Of a DNA stretch of 21,710 nt, positions 7,449-15,037 are shown piece by piece. The translations under genes were made by a program, and so were the position numbers. Numbering within the stretch: the first letter of the stretch is position 1; each line of letters opens with the position of its first letter. Below the pieces are notes generated by a model. That model did not search any database, was not told the origin of the DNA, and saw only the letters and a list, made by a program, of their open reading frames with translations. Origin of the DNA: Candidatus Iainarchaeum sp. (lineage in GTDB: Archaea > Iainarchaeota > Iainarchaeia > Iainarchaeales > GCA-2688035); assembly GCA_028713935.1 (NCBI GenBank), contig JAQTNI010000020.1:1-21710 (forward strand), read 5' to 3'.

Positions 7449-9308
7449 GTGGCTTGTTACAAAATTCCTGCAATTGCATTGTTTTTTTTCTCGTTTGCTT
7501 TTTTCTGTCAAACAGCAGTGGCCAATGAGGGTGCCTCTCTTGTCAACTGGGTTGTTGACAATCCAAACAGCCTTGCCCTTGGCATTGCCGCAACAACCTG
7601 CATGAATTATCCCGGGAATAATTCAATTGTTGTTACAGTAATAAGTTATCCCCAGAACACTCTGAATCCAAATTCAACTGTGACAGCAACTCTTTTTGAG
7701 CCAAGCGGAGATGTTAACAGCAATATTCCTTTTTCAAATAATTCCGATGGGACTTATTCAAAAGCCATGAATTTTGATGCAAATGGCACTTTCAAGCTTG
7801 CAGTGCATGCAGTGAGCGACACCAATGCGGGCATTACTGGTGATGCAAATGCCTATATCTATGTCGGTTCTTTTGACATGAACATTTCTTTTTTGAACAA
7901 CAATGCTTCTTATAATCAGGGGGATTCCGGAAGCATCAGGAACATGGTGAAAAATTCCGATGGAAACTCCTTTGTTGGGCTTTCTAGCACTACAACTATT
8001 TTTTATCCGTCTTCTTCTGTTTTTGTCCTGGATGCAACAATGTCTGGCCTTGGCACTGGCGAGTATTATTACAATTTTATTGTTCCAAGCGTTTCAGGAA
8101 CTTATTCTGCCACTTCTGCTTTTTCTTGCGGGCTTTCAACTGATTCAAATTCCAGCGGCAGGTTTACAGTTGCTTCTTCTTCTGTGCCACCATCTGCACC
8201 AACTATTACTCCTGGCGGCGGAGGCAGTGGCGGAGGAGAAGGGCCAGCAAGCCAGCCACTTGAGGAGGAAGCATTGAAAATAATTGAGGCTGGCTTTGAC
8301 AAAAACCTTGAGCTTGACCTGCCTTCTTCTGTTTATGTATTAGTTTCAAATACTGGCAGAAAACCAATTCCGTTTAATCTTTCTATTGAAATAAAGCAGG
8401 GCGATTCAGTGAAGTATTCCTCTGAATTTCTTGTGCCAATACTGGAGCCCGGAAAAACCAGAAAAATTTTTGCCGATGCCAAATGGACTCCTGTTTTAGG
8501 AGGCTCTTACAGGATATTGGCAGAGGCTTCTTCAATTGATAAAACCAAGGTTTTTTCCAGCCTCATTGAAAAGTTTGTTGTTGGAGGGGGAATATGGCGC
8601 TATGATATTTCTGCTGAGTGCCTGAAAAAAGAAGTGAAAATCAATGAGACTGCCGATGCAAGGATTATGCTTTTGAATCTTGGAAATTATTATGAGGACA
8701 CTGCGCTTGAATGGTGGGTTGAAAACAGCAAAGGCCTTGTAATTGGAAAAAGCTCTTTTACGCTTGCCCTGTATCCTGATGAGAACAGGCTGGTCCAGAG
8801 GGAAGTTTTTATTCCGGAAGGCACTCCTGAGGGGGATTACATTTTCAAGGCAAAAATAAAACTTAACGGGTTTGAACAGGTTTCCTTTTGCTCGTTCAAG
8901 GTGAAAGGAATTGGCGATTACAACAGTGTTTTGGATCAGCTTGAAAAAAACCTTGCTGGCCTTGATGATTTTATTGCAAAGGCAAAGGCAAACGGCATTG
9001 ATGTTTCCGCAGAGGAAGAAGCCGAATTGAATGCCTTGAAAACCGCATTTTCAAATTTGAAAAGTCTGGCTGCAAGCGGGGAAACCGCATTGCTTTCCCA
9101 AAAAACCCAGGAAATTCTGAATGGCATAAATAATTTGATTGACATTTTTCATGCAAAGCAATTGAAATCAGGCCTGATAAAAATTTTTTGGATTTTTATT
9201 GTTGTCCAGTTAAGTTTAATAATTTCCTTGGCCGTATTATGTTATTTTGAAAGAAAGGCTTTTGCCAGGCTGCTCGGGCTTGCGGATGGCAAGGGCAAAT
9301 ACAGGTAA
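7449..9308 (+). CDS. Surface protein: signal peptide, Ig-like region, Gly-rich linker, two CARDB-like beta-sandwich domains, coiled coil, C-terminal TM anchor
   Basis: 619 aa from a GTG start (no in-frame ATG before the signal peptide MACYKIPAIALFFFSFAFFCQTAVA). The linker PPSAPTITPGGGGSGGGEGPASQP is at nt 8181-8258. CARDB-like strings are VYVLVSNTGRKPIPFNLSIEI...LEPGKTRKI...GGSYRILAEA and ARIMLLNLGNYYEDTALEWWV...EGDYIFKAKI. The TM segment LIKIFWIFIVVQLSLIISLAVLCYF is at nt 9174-9248, followed by a basic tail. Confidence 0.8.
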   Translation: MACYKIPAIALFFFSFAFFCQTAVANEGASLVNWVVDNPNSLALGIAATTCMNYPGNNSIVVTVISYPQNTLNPNSTVTATLFEPSGDVNSNIPFSNNSDGTYSKAMNFDANGTFKLAVHAVSDTNAGITGDANAYIYVGSFDMNISFLNNNASYNQGDSGSIRNMVKNSDGNSFVGLSSTTTIFYPSSSVFVLDATMSGLGTGEYYYNFIVPSVSGTYSATSAFSCGLSTDSNSSGRFTVASSSVPPSAPTITPGGGGSGGGEGPASQPLEEEALKIIEAGFDKNLELDLPSSVYVLVSNTGRKPIPFNLSIEIKQGDSVKYSSEFLVPILEPGKTRKIFADAKWTPVLGGSYRILAEASSIDKTKVFSSLIEKFVVGGGIWRYDISAECLKKEVKINETADARIMLLNLGNYYEDTALEWWVENSKGLVIGKSSFTLALYPDENRLVQREVFIPEGTPEGDYIFKAKIKLNGFEQVSFCSFKVKGIGDYNSVLDQLEKNLAGLDDFIAKAKANGIDVSAEEEAELNALKTAFSNLKSLAASGETALLSQKTQEILNGINNLIDIFHAKQLKSGLIKIFWIFIVVQLSLIISLAVLCYFERKAFARLLGLADGKGKYR

Positions 9309-9320
9309 AACGGTGGTCAA

Positions 9321-9650
9321 ATGGCTTTGCAAATTGACGATTCAACAATTTTAATTTTGCTTTCGGCCCTGTTGTTTATTCTCAACATTGTGATTGTCCT
9401 GATCGTTTTTTTCATGGCCACGCGCAACAGCAGGAAAATCCTGAGAAAGCTTCTTTTTTTTGAGGAAAATACTGTAAAAAAAATCTCTTCTTTGGAGCAA
9501 AAAGCCGCGGAAATTGAAAAAGCAGAGCTTTCCCTTGAGGAAAATGTCCTGGCGCTTGGCGAAAAAATAGATTCTTTGGCTGCATTGAAGGAAAAGGCGC
9601 AAGCAGAAAGGGAAATTATTGTGCATTCCCACAGGCATCCGCACAAGTAA
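9321..9650 (+). CDS. Small membrane protein with an N-terminal TM segment, a coiled coil and a His-rich C-terminus
   Basis: 109 aa. A GGTGG SD lies at 9312-9316, 4 nt before the ATG. The TM segment is ILILLSALLFILNIVIVLIVFF, followed by an E/K/A/L heptad-like region, and the protein ends HSHRHPHK. I judge the equal-length mirror ORF on the minus strand to be a shadow. Confidence 0.65.
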   Translation: MALQIDDSTILILLSALLFILNIVIVLIVFFMATRNSRKILRKLLFFEENTVKKISSLEQKAAEIEKAELSLEENVLALGEKIDSLAALKEKAQAEREIIVHSHRHPHK

Positions 9651-9665
9651 GCTAATCTTTGGCTT

Positions 9666-10487
9666 TTACTGAATTGTCAAAGTTATGCGCGCAACTGTTT
9701 TTTCCCCCACAAAATCAGTCGCATTGTAATAATTTGAATATTGATTTTTCCATTCCAAGGCCTGTTTTTCTTCAGGCGCTTTTGTTTTCAGCAGCATGAC
9801 AATTTGTTTTGGCTGTGCATTCTGCATTACTTCAATTTCAGAGTCTATTTGCCTTGCCCATTTTTCATCAAATTTTGGAAAGCTCGGCCCCAATAAAAAC
9901 CCGCTGCTGGTTTCCGAATCCAGTTTTATTTTGGCAAAAGCAGAGTCTTCCGGATTTTCAAATTCCGCAAAAATTTTTAATCCCTGGAAACTTCTCACTC
10001 CAAACCCCGAATGCAAAAAAAGCCTTGTTTTTGTTTTTGAACCGGCTTTTGCAGTTATTTCCCTGTCAAAAGAAGAAGCACCGAATCCAACCGCGCCCCA
10101 GTGCGTTGCAACAGGATTTTTCCAGTATTGTATTCCGCCTTCAAGAAAAGCCGGATAAAATTCCGGCTGCAAGAAAAATTCCTTTGTGAAAAAAAAGTCA
10201 TCAGAAAATTTTCCTTCCCTGTACAATTGCATGATTGAATCAAAGCATTTTGGCGGCTTTGGAAGGGATTCAAACACTGCAGGCGGGATATTATAAGAAT
10301 CCCGGTTCAGGTCAATGCAGCCCGCGATTTCATTATTTTGAAAAAAGCCCTGTTCTTTTGCAGGCGCTGTTGGGCTGGAATTAAAAAAAACAAAAAAAAT
10401 TGCACAGGCAAAAACGGCTGCTGCGGAAATAATTGCCATTGTTTTTAATTTTGGCAAGCTTTTTTTTTCAAAAGAAAATTTTTGCAT
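9666..10487 (-). CDS. Membrane-anchored protein of unknown family ('P protein', copy 2); paralogue of 6451-7377
   Basis: I trimmed the start to the ATG at 10487 (MQKFSFEKKSLPKLKTMAIISAAAVFACAIFFVFF). The longer track ORF would overlap the end of the giant gene. It shares conserved blocks with copy 1 and lies 25 nt downstream of the giant gene. Confidence 0.75.
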   Translation of the reverse strand: MQKFSFEKKSLPKLKTMAIISAAAVFACAIFFVFFNSSPTAPAKEQGFFQNNEIAGCIDLNRDSYNIPPAVFESLPKPPKCFDSIMQLYREGKFSDDFFFTKEFFLQPEFYPAFLEGGIQYWKNPVATHWGAVGFGASSFDREITAKAGSKTKTRLFLHSGFGVRSFQGLKIFAEFENPEDSAFAKIKLDSETSSGFLLGPSFPKFDEKWARQIDSEIEVMQNAQPKQIVMLLKTKAPEEKQALEWKNQYSNYYNATDFVGEKTVARITLTIQ

Positions 10488-10512
10488 AAAAAACACTAAA
10501 ATTATTCCTGCT

Positions 10513-13500
10513 TCATGGGGCAATGCTTGTGCTGCTGGCATTTTTATCAGTACGCCCTGGAACAGCACTGTTAAAATCTCCCCAGATAAAAATATTCAAA
10601 TCCTGGCTTTCTGTTGTAAAAACAGCTTTGCCAATGTTTGCTGCAGTTGTAGTTGCCTCTGCACAATTTGAATCGGTGTTTCCCGTGCATGCCCATGCCC
10701 AGCCTTCATAAATTTTTGAAACTTTTAAATGCAGTGTTCCTGACAATGCCTCATTCAGGTCAAGCGTAATATTCAAATCAGAGCTGCTTGTGCTTTGGTT
10801 GTCATAAACAAAAAAAGGAATCAGGGAAGTCTGCCCTTCAGGGTCAACCTTGTTCTGGTCAGCAAGCCCGCTTAAATCAGTTGTTTCAAAATATCCTTTC
10901 TGGCATGCCCCGTTTCCAGAGTCAATTCTTCCTTTTCCAGAAGTGCAGCCGCTTGAAGGCAGCATTAATACGAAAGAATAATCCGCTGCTCCGCCTAAAA
11001 TGTGAAAGCTGTTTGCCTGGCTTTTTTTTCCGGTTCCATTATTGTCCTGTGCTGTTCCCTGCACATAATAATTCCCGTCCGCTGTGCCTGTTGAATCCCA
11101 AACATAAGTGCAGTTTGCGTCTTTAGTTGTTGTTGGCAATGAAGCATTGCAGGACCAGTTTGCATAATTTTGCCTCAAAAAAAATGCATTGCTGTCTTGG
11201 GCAGAATTCTTTATTATGTTTAAGTCAATTGTTGCATCTGCATTTGTTCCCGCGCTTGAAATATTGAAATCTATTTGGATATTTCCAGAATATTCGCCAA
11301 CACCTGGGCTTATAATGTCAATGTAGGGGCTGTTTTGGTCGTAATGATAACCAATGCTTCTGTTGTAATCCAAGCGGTTGTCAAATCTCACAGTTCTGCC
11401 CTGAAACCAAGAATCTGTTCCAGTAGCGGAATTTCCATGCCCTTCTAATTGTGCAATTCCATAGGCATTTAACAAAAAATTTCTGTCAGAGCCCTCATCT
11501 ATGAATGGGGTTTGCCCCAAATAAATGCTTTGGCTTCCTTCAGTATAGCCTGCAGTGTTTGTGTCATTTGCCCAGAACGCGTTAAAATTAGCGTCAATGC
11601 TTGAATTGGAAATATTGCGGGTGTAGACTGCTGTTCCAGTGTTGTAAGCAAAAACATTGTTGTAGAAATTGGTTATGCGTGAGGTTCTAGCCGCTTGCAG
11701 AATCCTGTTGCTGATTGCACCTCCAAAAAGATCTGCAGAGTTGTTCACAAAAGTGTTGTTGTGCATGCTTGTTATTGACGCGTTGCCTGCTGTATTAAGC
11801 CCCTGGCCTATCATGCTGATGGCGCCTCCGTTTTTGTCTGCAGAGTTGTTTTGGAAAAGATTGTTGTAAACGGTTGTAATATCTCCGCCAGCACTGTATA
11901 TTGCGCCTCCGTTGCCTGTTGTTGAATTATTGGCAAAAACATTTTTGTAAATGCTTGTGGCAGTTCCCAGATTAAAGTAGGCAGTGCCGTTGGTTGTGCT
12001 GCTGTTATTGGAAAAATTGTTGTCAAAAAAATTTGTAAGGGTAACTGAAGAAAAAAATACTCCCGCAGATGTTGCTGTGGAGGAATTGTTGTAAAAAACA
12101 TTTCCAAAAAAATTTGTAACAGTATTGGTGCTGAATTTTACCGCAGTGCCGCTTCCACTGTTGTTGCCAAAAAGATTGTGGTTAAAGTTTTGGATAACCC
12201 CATTTGAAACCAAGACACAAGGCCCAGTGTTGTTAACAAACGTGTTCCCATTAAAATCTATAATCGAAACACTAACACCAGCCAAATTTATTATTCCACT
12301 CGTGGGTGGGGGGCTGTTTCCTGAAAAAGTATTGTTGTAAATACCTGATATTGGGAAATTGGAATAAATCGCGTTTCCATAAAGACTTGTTGAAACATTC
12401 ACAAAATTTGTATCGTGAATGGAATTAATTGCCCTTTCCAAATAAATGCCATTAGAAGCATAGGCAATGTTCAAGTCGAAAAAATCGTTGGCGTCAGCAG
12501 TAACCCCTGCATCAGTGGTAAAATAGATAGCGGTGTCATAATCCCCAGCTACCGGAGCTCCGCTGCTGCCGGGTGCATTCGTGCCGACGGAATTGTCATT
12601 CATGCTGGTAAAAACAATCTTATTGGCGCTTGTTCCCTGGGCCTTCAAAACGCCGCCATTGACGACACTCAAAAAGGCGTTTCCGCCCGCTTTGAGTTTT
12701 ACAACTACACAGGGATTTATTGTCAACTGGCAGTCTGAAACATCAGCATTGCCATCCACGTTCAAAAAATAGGTGTTGCCCGCAGTCCAAACCTGATTAT
12801 TGTCAGGGGTATTGCAGATGGCTTGGCTTAGTGTAACCAAATCCTGCAATTCCAAGTAATCACCCAGGCCTGTTTTGTCTGTTGAGAACCACATTGAAAC
12901 AATGTTGTTTGCAATGGAAATTTTGTATGGCTTGAATCCCGCGTTCATTTCCTGCGAAAAATCCCTTGCCGCAGAATTGAACAAAAGGCTTGTTCCCAAA
13001 AAAACATTTTCGGAGTCAAAAATAATCTCTTTTGTCTCCCCGTAAGCCAATTTCTCCCAATTAAATTTTGTTTCCAAATGGCTGTAATTGCAGTCGCATT
13101 CCGGATTGTAATCTGTCAGTAAAACCTGCTGGACCAGGCCGAATTTGGCGTATTGCCCCGAGTCCTTTAATTGTGTATCCAATGAAAAATAAAATTCGCT
13201 TGGATTCCATGTGCCGTTAATTGTTTTTGGCTTGATTTTGTGTTTCAGGAGGAGACTTTTTCCTTTTTTTTCAGGCAAATAATCCAGGTCCAGCTCGTTT
13301 TTTGCGACTTCAATTTTTGTATTCTTGTAATACGCGCTGAAATCCGGCTGTATCCCGGAGTTGTTCAAAATAATCTGGCCCTTGTTTTTACTGTCATATT
13401 CTATGTCAATTGCCCCCACTTCTATAAGGCCAGGTGTTTCGTTTGCAGGCCCCTGGGTTTTTTCAGCGCCAAAAACATTCAATCCAGGGGAGATTTTAGC

Positions 13501-14991
13501 TTCTGAAACAATGCCCCATTCTGTGCATTCCTTAATGCCGGAATCCCAGCCATTGCAGGCATAAATTTTTCCTGAAAATTCCTGTTTGAACTGAACAGAA
13601 CCGCTTTCCATTTTGAATGGGCTTGATATTCCAAAAGCATGCAAAGTTATTTTCTGTTCCGCAGGGGCTTGTGCATTTGAAGCGCTTTCAGCAATGCCGC
13701 CTTTTGCATTTCCAAAATCCTGAAATTCAAGCAGTGTGCCATTTCGGCCAATTTCAATGCCCCTGAAAAAAACACTGGAAAAATCCCTGTTTTCAAATGC
13801 CAGCAAAGCATTGTAAATTCCATTTTCAATTTCAACTGGCTCCGAAGCCTCAATTATTTTGTTTTCATTGAGGTCAAACAATGTTAGGCTTGCGGGGATA
13901 TTTGCAGGCATTATTAAAAATTTTTCTTTTTCCTGTGCAACCCCATTTTGGTCGCTGGTTGCAGGCTTTAGCCAGGCAAATGCAATTGGAGATTCTAAAA
14001 ATTCCATTGAAATGCTGTTTTCTGCAGAATCAATTATTTCCCAGTTTCCAATGCATTTCTGCTGTTCTTTTTCCCATGATTGGCATTTTGCCAGCTTTGC
14101 ATTGTTTTTGTTCTCAATCGTTACAATGCTTTTTTGTTCCCGCATGCCAAAATCCATTTCCGCGCTTTCTGCAGCCTCAAATTCATTTTCCCCAATGATT
14201 ATTTTTTCCTGCAAAATATTTTGTTTCAGCACTGCAATTGCCCTGTTCCGGTTCAATAAAAATTCCGGAAGAATTATTGCTTTTGCAGGGCCTTCAAAGG
14301 CATCAAGGTTTGCATAATATGTTCCCGCAGGAATTATTTTTGCATCCCCACTCAGCGTGTAAAGCTGGTTTAGCGTTGCAATATCCCTGATATAAACAAG
14401 GCTCAGAAAATTTGGCGGGCGTATTTCAAACAAGGCTTCTTCAGGAACTTGCACAGGAGAAGCCTCTTCAGGAAATTGCAGGGGCTTTTCAGGACTGCCG
14501 GTTTGCAGCATGTTTTCATCCGCAATAACTGCATTACTGTCACTGTTTCCTGTTTCTTCGCTGTTGTTTTCCTGAAACAATGTGTTTTCAACTGTTACTT
14601 CAAAAAATTTTTTTGAACAAGCAGTTTCATAGCACGCTTCAATTTCAAACGCATAATTTCCATCGGCAACTGTGTTGGAATCCCATTCAGCAATCCAGTT
14701 GTTTTCCGCTGACAAGTTTTTTTCAAAATGAGTTATGTTTAAGTCAGCCTGCAATAGCCTTACAACTGCGCTTGAAACAGTTTCAGGATTTTCAGGCTTT
14801 ACAATTATTACCATTGAGCCCTGTATTTTGTCGCCTGAAAAAGGCGCAACAATTGCAATTTCAGGCGCCTGAATGGCATTAATTTGGGGTTCAGGGCTGT
14901 TGGAATCTATTTGTGCAAAAGAGACTACTAGCGGAAAAATAAGCAACAACAAGGCAGTCTTTTGGATAAAACCAATTTTTTTTAAATTCAT
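10513..14991 (-). CDS. Giant secreted adhesin-like protein: signal peptide, Ig-like domain, acidic linker, two tandem Cys-pair domains, parallel beta-helix with PMP-type repeats, second Ig-like domain, C-terminal S-like module
   Basis: 1492-aa uninterrupted ORF. The signal peptide is MNLKKIGFIQKTALLLLIFPLVVSFA. The Ig-like signature WDS-x-x-x-ADGNY occurs twice (nt 14584-14865 and 10996-11328). The beta-helix carries GGAI and F-x-x-N motifs. There is no C-terminal TM segment or PGF-type sorting signal. Confidence 0.9.
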   Translation of the reverse strand: MNLKKIGFIQKTALLLLIFPLVVSFAQIDSNSPEPQINAIQAPEIAIVAPFSGDKIQGSMVIIVKPENPETVSSAVVRLLQADLNITHFEKNLSAENNWIAEWDSNTVADGNYAFEIEACYETACSKKFFEVTVENTLFQENNSEETGNSDSNAVIADENMLQTGSPEKPLQFPEEASPVQVPEEALFEIRPPNFLSLVYIRDIATLNQLYTLSGDAKIIPAGTYYANLDAFEGPAKAIILPEFLLNRNRAIAVLKQNILQEKIIIGENEFEAAESAEMDFGMREQKSIVTIENKNNAKLAKCQSWEKEQQKCIGNWEIIDSAENSISMEFLESPIAFAWLKPATSDQNGVAQEKEKFLIMPANIPASLTLFDLNENKIIEASEPVEIENGIYNALLAFENRDFSSVFFRGIEIGRNGTLLEFQDFGNAKGGIAESASNAQAPAEQKITLHAFGISSPFKMESGSVQFKQEFSGKIYACNGWDSGIKECTEWGIVSEAKISPGLNVFGAEKTQGPANETPGLIEVGAIDIEYDSKNKGQIILNNSGIQPDFSAYYKNTKIEVAKNELDLDYLPEKKGKSLLLKHKIKPKTINGTWNPSEFYFSLDTQLKDSGQYAKFGLVQQVLLTDYNPECDCNYSHLETKFNWEKLAYGETKEIIFDSENVFLGTSLLFNSAARDFSQEMNAGFKPYKISIANNIVSMWFSTDKTGLGDYLELQDLVTLSQAICNTPDNNQVWTAGNTYFLNVDGNADVSDCQLTINPCVVVKLKAGGNAFLSVVNGGVLKAQGTSANKIVFTSMNDNSVGTNAPGSSGAPVAGDYDTAIYFTTDAGVTADANDFFDLNIAYASNGIYLERAINSIHDTNFVNVSTSLYGNAIYSNFPISGIYNNTFSGNSPPPTSGIINLAGVSVSIIDFNGNTFVNNTGPCVLVSNGVIQNFNHNLFGNNSGSGTAVKFSTNTVTNFFGNVFYNNSSTATSAGVFFSSVTLTNFFDNNFSNNSSTTNGTAYFNLGTATSIYKNVFANNSTTGNGGAIYSAGGDITTVYNNLFQNNSADKNGGAISMIGQGLNTAGNASITSMHNNTFVNNSADLFGGAISNRILQAARTSRITNFYNNVFAYNTGTAVYTRNISNSSIDANFNAFWANDTNTAGYTEGSQSIYLGQTPFIDEGSDRNFLLNAYGIAQLEGHGNSATGTDSWFQGRTVRFDNRLDYNRSIGYHYDQNSPYIDIISPGVGEYSGNIQIDFNISSAGTNADATIDLNIIKNSAQDSNAFFLRQNYANWSCNASLPTTTKDANCTYVWDSTGTADGNYYVQGTAQDNNGTGKKSQANSFHILGGAADYSFVLMLPSSGCTSGKGRIDSGNGACQKGYFETTDLSGLADQNKVDPEGQTSLIPFFVYDNQSTSSSDLNITLDLNEALSGTLHLKVSKIYEGWAWACTGNTDSNCAEATTTAANIGKAVFTTESQDLNIFIWGDFNSAVPGRTDKNASSTSIAP
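11557..12354 (-). repeat. About ten degenerate coding repeats (23-34 aa each) of the type (I/V)T-x-(F/Y)-x-NN-x-F-x-NNS...GGAI; polymorphic-membrane-protein-like parallel beta-helix rungs
   Basis: Read from the translation: GIYNNTFSGNS, IDFNGNTFVNNTG, IQNFNHNLFGNNSG, VTNFFGNVFYNNSS, LTNFFDNNFSNNSS, SIYKNVFANNST..GGAIY, TVYNNLFQNNSADKNGGAIS, SMHNNTFVNNSADLFGGAIS, ITNFYNNVFAYNTG, IDANFNAFWANDT. At DNA level this shows as a recurring ATTGTTGTA on the + strand. Confidence 0.7.
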
Positions 14992-15011
14992 GTTATTATA
15001 TGGGGATTTTG

Positions 15012-15019
15012 TTATTTAA
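15012..15019 (-). promoter_or_regulatory. TATA-like element (TTAAATAA on the minus strand) about 24 nt upstream of the giant gene ATG; possible internal or leaderless promoter
   Basis: It lies in the 46-nt gap between the last isoprenoid-operon gene and the giant gene, which contains no oligo-T terminator. Read-through co-transcription cannot be excluded. Confidence 0.25.
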
Positions 15020-15037
15020 CTTTTCCTAAACCCCTTG

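Noticed and set aside
8181-8258. The linker PGGGGSGGGEGP resembles the engineered (G4S)n linker, raising the idea of a synthetic construct.
   Set aside because: The surrounding P/S/A-rich context, native-looking domains on both sides and varied codon choice are typical of natural inter-domain linkers in surface proteins.
9317-9646. 109-aa minus-strand ORF exactly mirroring the 9321-9650 + strand ORF, which could be a third gene after P2.
   Set aside because: It has a TTG start without an SD, and its Ser/Cys/Phe-rich product has no structure-like pattern. The + strand product has an SD, a clean TM helix and a coiled coil.
10460-10468. Homopolymer tracts as phase-variation switches: T9 here (A9 on the coding strand, near the 5' end of P2), T8 at 13264-13271 in the giant gene, and T9A7 at 1194-1209 in the radical SAM gene.
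   Set aside because: Such runs (Lys AAA and Phe TTT codons) are common throughout this AT-rich window, including in housekeeping genes. There is no evidence of length heterogeneity from a single sequence.
10488-10568. N-terminal 27-aa extension of the P2 ORF in the track (start at 10568).
   Set aside because: It would overlap the 3' end of the giant gene by 56 nt and would add a non-homologous segment before the TM anchor. The ATG at 10487 gives an N-terminus analogous to P1.
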